From contig CAJINV010000017.1 of the NCBI GenBank assembly GCA_905178155.1, forward strand, positions 612,722-676,721: a stretch of DNA of 64,000 nt, written 5' to 3'. Of the stretch, positions 12,661 through 26,630 are shown in pieces (positions within the stretch are counted from its first letter, which is position 1; the number at the start of each line of letters is the position of its first letter). The position numbers and the translations under genes are program-made. The DNA is from Amoebophrya sp. A120. Its lineage: Eukaryota > Protista > Dinoflagellata. The notes beneath the pieces were generated by a model. It ran no database searches, had not been told where the DNA came from, and was given only the letters and a program-made list of their open reading frames with translations.

Positions 12661-14368
12661 ATGTCCTCTATTCTAAGGCCGCTATTATTCTTTGCTATTA
12701 CGACGACGTTGGACCACAACACCACAAGTCATGCCTTTGCCGTGGTGAAGAAAAGTCTAATCTCGGGAAGAGCAAGAAGACAGCAGCGGCACGGGCAGAA
12801 GCAACATGTTTCGAATACCGCGCCGGACGAGAAAGCTTCTGCCAGATTTCAGAGTCAAAGCAACAACCAAAAAGATGAAGACCTCCGCGCAGCCGCCGGA
12901 TTGTTCACTACGACCTCTAGTGAACGAGATGCGACCTTGATGACAGAAGACGCACGACGCCAAGAACTACATAGCGGTCGTATGTAGTGAGGTCACCGAA
13001 CGGTTCTAACCGGGGAGTTTTTTTGCCAGCCAGACAGCAAAACGGCCGCCAGTTTTCAAGCGGGCGAAAGTGTTTTTGGACATAAAAAATTTTCAATTAT
13101 CAAGCGGCCCTGGCTGACCTGGCACCGAATCGCCAGCGGATTCTATCGATCGCCGCTGGGTAAAACGACGCAGAGAAGCCAGCAAAAGGGGCGCCCTTCT
13201 GAGGCGCCCACCGGCTTGATTTCTGGCGGTTTGGGGCGCCCAAAAGGGCGCCCGAGAAAAACGCACCCAAAATCAGAACAGCGAAACTGCATGGCACGGC
13301 CGCGATTTCGGAGCATTTTGGGCGGCCGCGAAAGCGGCCGCATTTTCGCCGGTTTCAGAGGCCGGGAAGCTTTGCAAAAAGCGCCGGCGAGAAAAATAAA
13401 AACGCAAAAAAGCAAAAGCGCGCCAGACGCGCAAAGCCAATCCGCATGCTACGGGCCCGATTTTTCTTCGCTTTTTGGGCGCCCCCCGTGGCACCCGGAT
13501 CGACCTCATAGCATGGGGGCTGGCTTTCGGAAAGGAATATCGGGAATTTGCCAAAATTTGCGACGTTTATCACGCGGCCGCCATACCGTGCGGCCTAACG
13601 TTACTCACGGCGGTACGGCGAGCCCAGAGAAAGCAAAGCAGCGGCCAAGGCGACGGCCGGCAAGAAAACGCCCACGACCTCACTACCTCCGCCCCGGCGG
13701 CTATATTTGGCACTTCTAGGCTCGACGACCTTGAAGATGTTGCAGGAAATACCCGAGGTGTGCTGTTGAGTCGCGGCCGACATCCACCTGATGTGCCCCA
13801 GTCGAGCTCCAACTCCGACTCATTGTTGGATTTAGGGGAGGCTTATGCGAAGACAAGAAGGCGCGAAGAGTTTCTTCTATACGAGTTGTCAACTTCACCA
13901 GCATCTAATACTTCCTCTGCTCCTTCTTCGAGAAGCGCGAACGCTACAGCGCCTTCAGTGTCGGTTTCGTCTACGTCTGACGAAGAGCCAGTCTCTGTTG
14001 AGTCCGACCAAATGCCGTGGTGGCCGCGCACGAAAAGCGAAAACCAGTACATGACGAACATGCTGGGCGGCTCGTCGGCGGGGAACACGACCCGGGGCGA
14101 CAATTACATGCTGGGTAGTTCTTCTTCATCGTCGGCTGACGACGACTTTGACTACAGCTCGGGCGAGCCCCAAGCGGGATGGGTGCCAGACGATTGCGGG
14201 CCGGCCTGGGACAACTACCGTGCGGGGAATTGTTGCAGGTTCATGTGCACAAATCTGGCCGCCATCACCTCGTTTTCCGCCTCCGACGAGGAGTGTGAGC
14301 GGATGAAACAGACGTATGAGTACTACCTGTGCGAAGATCCCTGCCCGAGCACGGGGGGCGGTTGCTGA
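12661..14368 (+). CDS. Putative secreted Cys-tailed protein interrupted by a ~735-bp repeat
   Basis: MSSILRPLLFFAITTT N-terminus; C-terminus YEYYLCEDPCPSTGGGC; removing 12981-13713 would join ORFs 12550 and 13475 in frame. Confidence 0.5.
12980..13714 (+). mobile_element. GC-rich dispersed repeat copy 1 (asymmetric subterminal IR, Helentron/HINE-like)
   Basis: Colinear with 55957-56691; GTAGTGAGGTC (12984-12994) / GACCTCACTAC (13676-13686), then a short CCGCC-GGCGG palindrome; no clear TSD. Confidence 0.8.
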
Positions 14369-15216
14369 GGGTGAACAGGGCAGCAAGTGTAGGTCCGGAA
14401 TACCTGAAGTTTTAAGTTTTTCGTAATTTGTTTACTTTCCTAATTCATTGGTTTCCTAGTAATTCTGTGCACGCCTGAAAAGGATTTATCCTCGATGCTC
14501 AGAATGAACAAGGGTGAAGATGACTGCTACTTGGGTAATCTTTTTGAAAACGAAAATCACACACGGAGAATCCGTTTGGAACAAGGAGCGAGAAAGATGC
14601 ACATGGCAACAATCTCGGGGCGTTCCGCTGAATTTTTCTTCTAAGTACCTCTTCTATCCTTGGTGTTGCTGGCCAAGATCTGCATACTCGTTGTGCAGAG
14701 CCGGTGCTTCATCGTCTTGTCCTGTTTACCATTGTGGCATCGTTTCATCGTGCAGCCCGTCAACACGACCACAAGGCTCTCGTAGTTTTCAGCATTTTTG
14801 TTGCTGCACGGCGATGGCAATAAGTCAACGATTGAAATAAATAAAACAAGCACAAAGACCACAGCGTCCTGGTGCTCTAACTATTTTACGTGGTCGTCCC
14901 CGTCCTCGTCGTCCTGTGTGGCGTCTATTTATGCCGTTGTCGTTACAAGCGTGCGAAGATCGAAATAATCTCTGCTGTGCCCCTGTCGTCCGATCGTTCT
15001 GAAATTCTTTTCCTTACTTCGTGTCGTTTCACATTTCATGTTTTTATCACCAAGCTCATGTGTAAGAACTGCAGTCACTACAAAATACGTCAACAGTTCC
15101 CAACGAACCCACAGTGGTTGCGTGACGTTGAGCTTGAGAAACTAGAAGCAGCTTTGTGTGTTTCTTTCAGGAAATACAAAAGCGAGGCAATATCCTTTGT
15201 TGCATCAAAGATGGTC

Positions 15217-15865
15217 ATGAAGATGAAGAAGATTGCGCTCGGCGCCACCGTCATCTCCTCGGGGGGGGGGTCGTCTGCGGAGCGAAGGTGAAGGAAGATA
15301 AGTCTTTGTCGACGCATTCCTGGGAGGGAAATGAACTGAGCGGCAGCTTTTTGCAAAGGGATGCAGGGAAGGTTGGGTTACGGTGTAAGCCTCCTGAGGC
15401 AAAATGCTCGGAGGAACTTAACGCCCGCGCGAGCAAGGAGATGATATCAACTCCCGACTTGTATGATTGTGCAAAGTGGGCGTCGGATTGCCAGCTACGC
15501 GCGTGTACATTTTCTGCCCGTGCCTTCGGGTCGACGTGCGAACAAGACGTTCCATGGAACGAAGAAAAGAGAAACCAGGGTGGTATCTCATTGGAAAACG
15601 CCGGACTACTAGGTCTCCCGTCTTTGGACTGCTGTAATTACGCTTCACTCGTAGTAGGGGTGTAAGTAAGAAAAACAGTGTTTATGTTCATGCCTATTCT
15701 TTCTAAACGTAAACATAGTCGTGAGCGTTCCTGCGAGGTGGGGGAGGCCACGACCCAGATGATATCTTTATATTTGCCTCAAAAGAGGTGTCTTTGCGGG
15801 TGAAGCAGACGTATGAGTCCTACCGTTGCGAAGATCCGTGCCCGAGAACGGGAGGCGGGTGTTGA
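15217..15865 (+). CDS. Paralogous secreted Cys-tailed protein with a frameshift at a G10 run (or pseudogene)
   Basis: MKMKKIALGATVISS, then a frame change at G10 (15261-15270); last exon KQTYESYRCEDPCPRTGGGC matches the upstream paralog. Confidence 0.55.
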
Positions 15866-16736
15866 TCTAGAGCACCAGAGAATTAACCAAAAGGAGCCTA
15901 TAAGTGTTTGTACTACTTCGCTAACCTCTGAGAAAAAGCAGATAGCCCAATCTATTCAATCTATTTCTGTACCCGACAAAACCCCACTGTTGTTCATGAG
16001 CAAGGAAGTTACGATCTAAAAGCTCTACCCACTAAAGATTAGCTAGCATCTTTATATTTTGTTTTAGTTTGCTTCAAATGCAAAATTGATGTATTTCTAT
16101 CGCTGTACCCGACCAACACCCCGAGAAAGAAAAAATCTCAACTGCGGCCGCCCTGTTTTCGACGCAGGTGCGCGAGGCGGTGAGAAGCGCAATTTTATTG
16201 CACGTTCGAAAACGCAAAGCTGGGGGGTTGTTCAATTCCTTTGAAAAGCACCACTAGAATCCGTTTGGAACAAGCGGAGAACGATAAAGACACAGCAAAA
16301 ATTTCGTGGAATTCCGGTGATAGATATTGTCGCATCTGCTGTCGTGAAAATGTATGCATTGAGTAGCGATCGTCAGTTTCGTTTTTTCGAGTGCACTTGC
16401 ACTTGCTCTAATGTTCCGAGCGAAATCTTCGAGAGTGGCACTTCATTTGCTGCTGCAGAGCTTGAGCGCAACAAAGAAGAGGTCCTTGGCGCTCCTGATG
16501 ATGCGCAAGAGTAGGAAGAATGTTGTGAAGTATCGGAGAGGAAGATCGTTGGATGCGGTATCCCAGAAAAAAACCGTAGCACCGAAACAAAGGTTGCTCC
16601 AGCTCGCTGGCTTATCATTAGATTGGTAGACAAAAGATATATCAGTACAAACTTTTGCCATTGCAGAGAACTTTATTCTCACGATCGCGCAACGTCTGTG
16701 GATCATCCGGAACAACTACAACCTTAGAACACCAGG

Positions 16737-17841
16737 ATGTTTCGTGCCGGTGACCTAGTTCTCCGGGAATTGGAGGGGATCTGTTTCGAAGCCGTCATTC
16801 TGCGCTCCTCCCCGTCCCCAGTAGACGACAGCGAGTGTTTTGACATCTGTTTCGCGGACGATCAGTCGATCGAAACGGAGGTCGATGCTGCGGAGCTGAA
16901 GCTGAAAAAAGCGAAGACAGTGAATGGAAAAGCAGCAACTGAAAATCCACTTGCCGACAGTAAGGCACCACCAGACTCGGCCGAAAAAATCGCTAGCGAC
17001 ACACCCTCTAACAGTGACGAAGTCGACGTCGAAGCAGTGCTCCAGAAGGGGCTGCGGAAGCTCTTCCTTTGTAACCCGGGCGAGCAGACGACCGTCGTGA
17101 GATGCAGTAAACGAAACTACGACGGGAGGGCTTTATTGGATAGTGAAGGGAACTGTCTAGTGAAATGCTCGCACGGCGATGATCCAAGTGCCTGTGCAAC
17201 GGACAAGAAAAGTGAAACGGGAGTTGGGAAGGAGAAGGTAAGTGTGAGAAAGTACTTAACTCCTTGTCGGCACTGCATGGAAAGAAACAAGTCAACATCG
17301 GATAACTGTCGCGGCACTGGCCTGGGAACGGGTTGTTCGTTGTTCCATTCTCCAGCCCAGTGCGATACGTACTCATCTTCATCATGGCAATGGCTCTACA
17401 AAAAAACAGGAGCCAAGCATTTCCCAGTCCGCCGCCGCCCTGGGCGTGATGTTTGACGGAACCGCAGACGCGTCTTCAGGTCGTCTGGAGCCGAGCCCGC
17501 GAAAGAACGCGTACCTGAAAACCCGGCTGTCGAGAGAAGAACCGTCCGTCGATGTGCTTGTCCCGAGCAGTAGCAGCACCTCTATGGGAATAAACGCACT
17601 GGATCAACATGACAAGGAGAGTCAATCCGCAACGGAAGCCAGCACAACGGAGGGGGAGGAAGCCGAGCAATCCGCGGCTTCGGACGAGGACTCCTCTTTG
17701 CAGCAGCTGCAATCGGGTGGTGAAGTGCCGATCGGGGTGCGCGGAGTGCGAATCATCAAGCAGAGCAAGGAAAAGAGTAGTATGCACGAACTTCTGTTCG
17801 TGCAGCCAGAGAGCGAACGCCCAGCAGGAATGGGTAGGTAG
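16737..17841 (+). CDS. Hypothetical protein with a Tudor/SH3-like N-terminal domain; GT-AG intron ~17238-17410
   Basis: FRAGDLVL...FEAVIL...FDICFADDQSIETEVDAAELK resembles a Tudor fold pattern; GTAAGT donor. Confidence 0.5.
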
Positions 17842-18561
17842 CAGCAGGTGAGGCGTGTTGTCGTGTATCAAAGGCGTTGAGGTTGTAGATCTTCGAGATC
17901 TTGGTCGACAGATGGATCGAACTTCCTGCACATTGCCAGGCTGTTGTGGAGTGCGTCTTCTTGGCGCAAGAAGTGAGGAGCAAAACAAGAAGAAATCGAT
18001 TTGGTGCCGCTAATTGTGTGGGAGAAAATTGACGAAGGCCGCTTGTTCGTCTTTGTGTGTGTGTGCGCTGTCGTGGCATTTCATCCAGCACAGGATCATC
18101 TTTCTCACGAATATGCGGGTCAACAAGTAGAGAGTAGTCAGCAAATTTTACTCGTATTCTACATCACAGTAAGTTTCTGTTGTTTTCTTGGTATTCAGCA
18201 TGGTTTCTGTTGTTTTCTATGTCACCAATCGTGCACAGCCACAGTTTTTGATCGAGCACAAAAAAAAAGTTTCGTTCTCTGTCGTACTACGATCATGCAG
18301 ATTCAGGAATCGGTCGCGGTGCTGGGCTTTTGCTGCTCCTTATTTCGTGTTCTTATTGCCTTCGGTTTTTACGAATATTACGTTCCCACAAGCCGGACTC
18401 TTACGTGTCGTGGGACGACGACAACGGAATTACTTACTTTGGAGAACTTTTTTACAACTGAACTGCAGGTCACATGTTTAACAAGCCGCATCAATAAGTT
18501 TTTACAAATCATCTGTTTCTGCATCTCCCCGGCCTCGCTGGCGGCCCACGCTGCGCCCAAG

Positions 18562-21500
18562 ATGGACTGGACCTACGAGATGCTGCGCTACGCCTTCAGC
18601 TGGAACGAAGAGGGCTATCAAATGCAAAAATGTCTGGGTCTGGAAGGTTGGAACTTGTGATGCTAACTTTGGACTCTAAAAAAATTTGTATTGCATGACC
18701 AGCAAGAGCAAGACGAGTCTGGTTTGTGCTACGCGGGGAGGGCGTTTGTCATGCAGAGTCGGCATCAGGAAGCCCTCTAAAAATCTGTGATGCTAGGTAG
18801 TGCATTACAGACATCCTGGGTCATCCAAAATATGCATGACAGGTCTCAGAATCTTCCAGACCCAGACACTTTTGCATTTGATAAGGGCGGACAGAAAGCG
18901 ATGTACTACGTGGCCGAGTGCAAGGGAAACAGCGCCAGGCTGCAGCTCTGCGACACGCTGTTGCTCTTCTTGCTCACGGAGAAAGACGAGGGGGACCGTA
19001 CTTTGGCCCTGATCTTCCTGGAAGAACACGCGCAAACGCTGTTGAGCAGCAGCACTGGAACTACATCGGGAAATACTTACAGTTTGATATCCAGCACGAA
19101 CTCCACCAATGGAACCGGAGTTGCAGGACCAGGAATTAGATCCGATCCAGCCAGAACTACTTCTACTCGCAGCGGCGGCGGCCACATGATCCACGGAGAT
19201 CTTTCATCGCCAACCAGCACACCAACAGCAAGCAACAGTGCTGGCCAACAAGACGCGATGCTGCAGAAGGTTTTCTCGGTGCTGGAGAATTTGCTTTCGG
19301 TCCCCTGTGGGGAAGAGGACGAGGACGATAACATCACCTCGGGCGTCCACAACACCAGTCGCAGCTCCGCGACGCAATTGCAGCAACAGGCGCAGCCGAC
19401 GACGAGTAATTACAATGGCAATAATGGGCGGCGCGCAGTGTCGTACAATTTAAAATGTCACGTGGTGACGACCTATGCGAGTTTGCTGTTGCAGTTCGAC
19501 CGCTTGCACCATGATCCGCACCGGGTGGAGCAGTTTGTTTCTTTCCTTGTCGACATCATTGCCGATGTAAACCACGGACCAAGTAGAATGCTCCGGCTCT
19601 ACGCCTGCGAGGCCTTGCACGAGCTAGAGAGCTGGTACGTGGGCCTGCTGTTTCCGTTTCTGGGGGAAGAGTGGATCTCCTTCCACGTGGGGATGTGCCA
19701 GGAACATTCGGCAGCTCGGCATGCTTCTAATGCGGTCGCCTCGTCAGGAACTACCATGCAGCAAGGGCCTGGTTCAACATCTTCGGATAGAAATATCGAA
19801 ACTCGAGAAGTTCTTACAAAGGGCATGCAGCATCACCAGGCCGGTAGTTCATCTACGAGCGGTATTAACGAGACAGCAGCGGCTGCTTTTCAACAACAGA
19901 ACCGACCCACTCTGTCCGCGTTTGTCCATGAGGAAAGGTTGCACATAACGGAGGCTTACTCGCGACTATTTTTCTTGACCTTCTATCACTTTACCACGGA
20001 AGTCCTCAGGAATTACTGCTTGCCGTCGACTTCGCAACACCAACGGAACAAGAACCGAGGCTCAGCGGGCAGCAAAGCGACCAACAGCGAAGCGGCCAGC
20101 ACTGCGCCGCCAACGCCGAGGGAAGGCGGGTCGTTCAATAGAGGCGGTGATCAGGGCATGACCCAACACTTGGCTCAGGATAATGCTTGGCAGACCGGGC
20201 GGCCTTCGTTCCGACAGACCACAACTTCTCAAGTAAGTGGCAAAAATCATTTTACGACCTCGAATGTCGGACCCGCCCCTTCACATGAAACGCACAGGAA
20301 CTACATTGATAGCACCGCTACGACAGTAGAACATGAAGTAGGTGGTGGACCAAATGCAAGAGGATCGTCCTCCTTGTCCCATGACAGAAAGTATAACGCG
20401 GCGCCCGGATCAACAGCAGCAACGCTCCAGCATGAGGCAGCGTCGGCACACTACGCAGAACACGATGAAACATCATACAGTGACGCAGACGGATTGCATC
20501 AGCCACCCCGGTTCTCGGATCTTGCCTCTGTCGCCTCAAGTGTCGTTTCGATGGACGCGAGTTTTCGGCAGTACATTCAGGAAGACCAACGGATTTTGCC
20601 GCAGGACAAAGACGACTTTTTCTTCACCAACACAGCAGCAGCTCCTGTTGGTGCTGGTTCATCTTCCGGGGGGTTGCAGCAGCTGGAAGAAGAATCGGGT
20701 GGTCCAATTTTGCAGCGAAAGAATGGGCAAATCCAGCGAGCAGGGAATGGCACTACTACCACAACTATGCCCGGGCTCCTTCCAGACGGAACGGCGCCAT
20801 TTGATGAATCTGCGGCAAGAGAAAGTGCACAGGTGGGAGAGCTGCAGCACGGTCGAGGTAGGCAAGAACACGAGCAACTACACTTCAGTCACACTAGTTC
20901 TTCGTCTGAGGACGAGCAGCGACTGAGGACTGACTTTCAACAAGGAACATCATCATCATCATCGAATAGGATACGACGCGGGGACGAAAATGAGGATTTT
21001 TTGTCCGGCGGGCTACTGCACTCGGAATCACACGCTTCCGACGCAGAGGACGTGGGACGACGTCGTCGAGTGGGGTCTTCGTCACGATTGTCGACCTCGG
21101 AGCAGCTCCAGCCGCGAAGAAGACGGGGCTCTTCGTCGAATGAGGAACTTCTGCGCAGCCAACACCATCGTACAAGCGGCGGTGGGACCAATGTTAATTT
21201 GCGGGCAGAAGTCGGAGTGCTTCCTCCTGAGGAACATTTTTATCCCGCGGGGGCATCAAGCAGCGAGGAGCAGCAGCAAGCGCTGGATCATGATCGTGGC
21301 ACAAGATTGAACAGAGCTCGAACGGCCTCATCGACCATGGGACAAGACGAACAGGAGCAGCAATGCTCATCAGACCATGAGACGAAAGTGAATGGAACGG
21401 TGGGAGGGTCGGCGTCGGGGTCTGCAACTATGCTAAACATACATCGCGACATGAAAGGTGGTAGTCAGCAAAATGCAGCGCGCATAAGGAGAAGCAAAGA

Positions 21501-24500
21501 GACCACTGGTTTGAGCAAGCCCGCATCCAGCACTTCGTCTTTGCTGCAGCAACAGGAGCAGCACCACCAGAAAGGAGGTCACACGACAACTTCGGTCAAC
21601 GGAGTTCTTTCTGCTTCCGGTTCGAGCAACTCCACTTCGTCCCGGAATCTACAACAACCTGCGACTTCAAGCCAGGCGATCACCGATCTGGTGCAATCCG
21701 CACTGTACGGCCGATTTGCGTACAAGATTCCCTCCTACACCCGCACTTATGTGGAGGACCAGAGCGAGGATTGGTTGAATGATTTCGGCACGACAAAATT
21801 TGTGTCATCAGCAGGTGGTGGTCTTGATAACATGTCGAAAATGAGTACAAATTTTCAACAGCAACTCCCGAGACGGCTGATCCGGCTGCTCACCCGCGCG
21901 GTCTCGCTTGTGTTGGAAACCATGCCACTCTCTTCCTCCTGGACGAAAATTTACTTCGCGGAGCGCCTGCCTTTCTTCTCCCTCCAGCTCCAGCTCCCGA
22001 CCTCCGTGATCTACCACCACTTTCTACCCTTGCTCCATTCCAGCTCCGCGGCGCTGCTGCATGCCTTGTTGGTCGTCACCAAATCGTGGTGGAGCCTGAC
22101 GGACAGCACCAGCGTCGCGATCCTCGACCGGCTATTTTCGTTGGTGCAAGACACGATCCTGGACCCTTTTTTCCGCGGGTTGTGCATCCAGTGGCTCATC
22201 TCCTTGTGTGACTCCAGCCCCATGTGCCCAAGGATCCTGGAGCGGTACTACGAAATCGCGCCCAGGTGGCAGGATCCGCTGGAGCTGAAGGTAAGTAGTG
22301 GTGTTTTTTGTTGTACTGATGCAATAAATTTACGGTAAGAGAAGTAAGTAGCTTGATGTTGCGACAAAAGCACCGACAAATCATGTAGTGCGGTACACAA
22401 AAAAAATAGCAGGAAATTATAACATCATCATGACCTCCCGAATCTAATTGAAGTCCTGTGGCAACGAAATGTTTCTGAATTCATCTCACACTGAGTTTCA
22501 CTATCTGAAACACGCAGGAGCTGAAGCTTCAGTTTATCCTGCACGCACTGGAAAAGCGGGGCGCCGTGCCGAAGAACCTGCTGGTCGTACTTGACGCGCT
22601 GTCTGAGTTCAAATCGGAATGGATGCACCTCGAATGGTCCGACCCCTTCTGCGCGCGCGCCGTCGGGGCGCACCAGGTCGTGTTTCGGTTTCTACTCCGC
22701 GTTTTGATCCGCTTTCCGGAGAAACTCAGTTACCTCCAAATCCCGGAGTACTTCTGTGACTTGCTCCGCAGCCATCCGCAGTTGATGCCGAGCGTGCTGG
22801 CGGTTATTCGGTACGTCCCCCACGCCAGAATCCAACTTCAGCTGCTGGAAACCCTTGGCCAGTGGATGACGGAGCTGTTGCCCACCGCGAAGATCTATGG
22901 ATTGCAAATATCCCTGGATGTCTGGAAGATTGCAACTTGTCATGCTAATAAATCTGAATCATGCAAAAATCTGTGTTGCATGAGTGCCAAAAGCTGTGCA
23001 CTTTCGACCAAGTTGGGAGGGGATTTCTCATGCAGGATAGGCATGCAAGAGACTTCACCGAGTCTGTCATGCTAGGCCCCGCATTCCAGACCTCATGGGT
23101 CATGGAGAACCTGCGTGACAAGTTTGCTCTCTTCCAGACCTCCAGGGATATTTGCACTTGATAAAATCGCGAACTATTTGGGTTTGTTACTCGTTCTCGC
23201 TATGGTGAAGGAACTGAGCCCGAGCTATGTGCTGAAAGCGCTCTCGCGATTGTTGAAAGGGACGGAGTACTACGACGCGGCCAGCAGTGGCTGCATTTAC
23301 CACCGCAGTTCCGCGAACTACCATGGGACGAAAAAGAGCAGAAACAAAAAGAACGCCGCGACTTTTCACCACACTAATCTCAGCACAGGCCTTTATTACA
23401 ACGGCCACGGAACGGGAACAACAACATCAACCGCCGCCACAGCGCCCTCCGTGTCTTTCTCCCAGCACAACCAGCATAACAACACGTGCACCACCACGTG
23501 GGCGCTCGGGATGAAAGTGCTCGGAATTTGCCGCGCGCTGATGATCCACCACCCGCAAAACGTGCTGTACGAGGAATTGGGCGCGTTGCTGCACTATTTG
23601 TCCGAGTTCCACACGTGCGTCGACGTGCGGGACCGGGCGGTGTATTACCTCCGAATTCTCTACTACGTCGGCGCCGCGCGGATGCGGGAGCTGCTGGAAA
23701 AGAATCCGGACAATTACGAGGAACACCACGCGGCCAACATGGCGGACGAGTTCAACTTCAACACGATTTCGCAGATGGACATCGAGGACTTTCGCGCGAA
23801 TTTAGTCGTGACAGCAGGAGCTGGAGCGGGTTCTCACAGTTCTCAAAAGTCCTCGCATCCGCACAGCCGCGCGGAGCAGGATAGTATTATACAGCACGAC
23901 GTTCTACTCACAGGGTCATCTTCTTCTACTTCGCTAGGACACCACCACGCAGCAGTTGGAGTTGCATCTACAACTTCTACATCCGCCGACCTGCAATTGC
24001 ATCTGCACGAGGCAGCTGGTGGTGGGAGAAGAAACATCAATACCACGGGGGACCACCTTCACAACTACAACATCAACGGTCATTTCTCGGACACGCACTC
24101 CGTGGTTTTGCCGAAAACCATAACCCTCGCCGGCGGTCCCGTGCCCTTTCTGTCCTTTTACAAGAGTCTGAGTGAAAGGAGACACTTGGGGCTGTTGGAC
24201 GGACAGTGCGCGATCTTTCGGACCAAGGGACAACGACATAGTACAAATACTGCAGGAGCTCTTCATGCTCCTGATCTACAACAACTTCAGGGCGGCCAAA
24301 AAAACCATTCCAACCTTATTTCTACGGCCGCACAGGACCTAGCTGTTTTATTGGGGGAGGATGGAGGAGAGGACGATGAGGATGATCAACACCAACAGCA
24401 CAAGAATCCAAAATCCGAACCGCTTTTCACCAACATCAAGACCCTGAAAGAGTACCGGAGAATCTTAGGGGGCCGCTCGACGAAAATCCGCTTGCCGTTT

Positions 24501-25811
24501 CGGTTGCAGATTTTGGAGCACGTGAACAGCTCGATCAACAATAGTACAAAAACTACTGATCATCAACATCACCACTTGTTTCCGGACGAAATCTACTCCC
24601 TCGAGCTGCGATTCGTTGGGGGCAACAGCTTCGTACCGCTCGACGAGCTGCACGTTCCCTATATGGCGCGGAGGAGCGTGGGAGCGAGAAAGAACGCACA
24701 AAGTGCAGGCGGTGGGGGTGGTCGCAATGGGAATGGTAAAGTGAGAAACAACCACGTCGACAAGAGGAATACTATTAAAACTGCAGGGAGAACAACCCCT
24801 GCAGGTCCGATTAATATGGGTTCTACTTCTCAGGAGCAGAATCTTCATCCAGTGCAATTATCACGCGAACAAGAACAGCTACAGCCAGAGACCACCGACG
24901 ACGAGTTTCCCCACTGCTACAAATTAGTTTTGAAAATTGAGGTCCGCGAACCGGTGCTGCAGATTCTGGACGTGAACTTGACGTTTTCCGACCGTTCCGG
25001 GAACACGTACTTCGGCGCGTTGGAGTCCTTTGCGGTGTCCTTCCAAGATTTGTTTCTGCCGGTGCCGAGCTGCTTTGACCTGAAGCAGATTTTCCAGCTC
25101 TTCTGGGCGGCGGACGAGTTGTTGAGCGGAGACCTACACGGGCGGGGGGACGATGAACACGAGCGCCATGGTGGAAAAGGACGAGAGCAGCAGAACAAAT
25201 CACATCAAAATTATGGGGCAGATGATTTTCATGACAAAGACTTTGATCTCGTGCAATCGGTGAAGATCCTGTTCGAGCCGCGGGCCCACATCCACCAGAA
25301 ACTTTCCGCCTTGCTTTGGCCGTTTCTGGTGCCGGACGACGTGGCGGAGACCTTGGTGCCGGAAGACTTTGATTTCGAACAAGAACAGCACTTTGTGATG
25401 AACGAAGAGGCAGAGAAGGAGAAGGAATCTTTAGTACAGGGGAGTAGACATCATCACTCAGCGGCGCCCGGGGCACAACATAATAATGCGCATAGTGGTT
25501 CTACTTCTCATCCTCATGGACAGCACGACGGGCATGAACATCAGGGTCTTGTTCACGACGAGAAAAATGATTTCAACAGTCGCGGTCGCGGTGCACCGCA
25601 AGACCAGAACTTTTCCAGCAAGAATTTGAATTTGGAAACTAAATGCGTTTTGATCTTCATCCCACCGCGGTACCATTTGGCCCTTCGGTTTACCATCTCC
25701 GAGCATACCACAGTGTGCCGGATTCGCACGGACAGGTTCAAACTGTTGAGCTATCTGGACGCATTCTTCTGGGGGGACTTTTTGTCGCCGGCGGTGAATT
25801 TGGTGGGGTAG
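18562..25811 (+). CDS. AP5B1: AP-5 adaptor complex subunit beta-1 with long low-complexity insertions; exons 18562-18615, 18889-22290, 22518-22895, 23169-25811
   Basis: Adaptin motif VDVRDRAVYYLRIL, DPLELKELKL and C-terminal IFIPPRYHLALRF...RIRTDRFKLLSYLD resemble AP5-beta; all three junctions are in frame. Confidence 0.8.
18616..18883. mobile_element. Introner, family A, TSD AGGGC
   Basis: TATCAAATGCAAAAATGTCTGGGTCTGGAAG / CTTCCAGACCCAGACACTTTTGCATTTGATA; 273-nt removal gives WNEEG-GQKAM. Confidence 0.95.
22896..23163. mobile_element. Introner, family A (CCCTGGATGTCT TIR variant), TSD AGATC/AAATC
   Basis: TATGGATTGCAAATATCCCTGGATGTCTGGAAG / CTTCCAGACCTCCAGGGATATTTGCACTTGATA; gives PTAKI-ANYLG. 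Confidence 0.92.
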
Positions 25812-26630
25812 TAAAGAAAGATGATGCCTTTGCTTTGATGAGTACTTGATAGAAGTAGAATGGGTCTGGATTTCGATTTTGCACTGCTACATTTTGCTGT
25901 TAAGAAACAAGGTCGCGCAAACATACAGCTCTTTTACGCTTCAACCGATTTTTTTGACTTCTTCCAAGAATGAAAATAAAGTCTGTAGTTATAGCTGAAG
26001 GCAAAACAAGCCCGTAAAGCATGCACTCATCAACCATGGGAGTTCCTCCAGTGCTGGCCCGACTCAGCACTGGGACTGGCAACTTGAAGAAGTGCTGTGG
26101 CCTCCATCAAAGTGTTTTCTAGGACGATCATTTTCAGTAGTCTGTTTGATGTACAAAATGATGATACTCGCCTTGTCCTCTTCGAAGTCGTAGGCAACGA
26201 AGCACGCTCTCCGTCATGTGTCAATGAAGATATTCCACGATCTGCGACAGAAGATCATTTTTTGGAACGTTCCTGCCATCGGTCGGCATGAAGATGATCC
26301 GCCCCAAAAAAAAGGATGGAGCGATAGTCCTTCGGAGATTTTTGGATCAGTTAGAGTACCTTTCCATTCATCCTTGTATGTAACCTTCCCGCGACTACAT
26401 TTTTTGCAAGTAGATCTGTCTACATGTTAACCTAAAGGCGCTTTTTCATTTACTTTTACCACCGGTAGTACAGCGACGCAAAAAGAACGCCACGAGTAAC
26501 GTAGCCTTTCGTAAGTATTTTATCTTTTACCGAAGATGTTGAGTGTATCTGGATGCGTCTCGTAGCCCCCTCCGAGGCCTTCTGATCGATTTTCTCTTTG
26601 CACTCTTTTGGTAGTAGCGCAACTTAGAAC

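Noticed and set aside
22281-22526. GAGCTGAAG repeated across the AP5B1 intron as a TSD
   Set aside because: The intron is canonical (GTAAGT...CAG) and both copies are coding (ELK-ELK)
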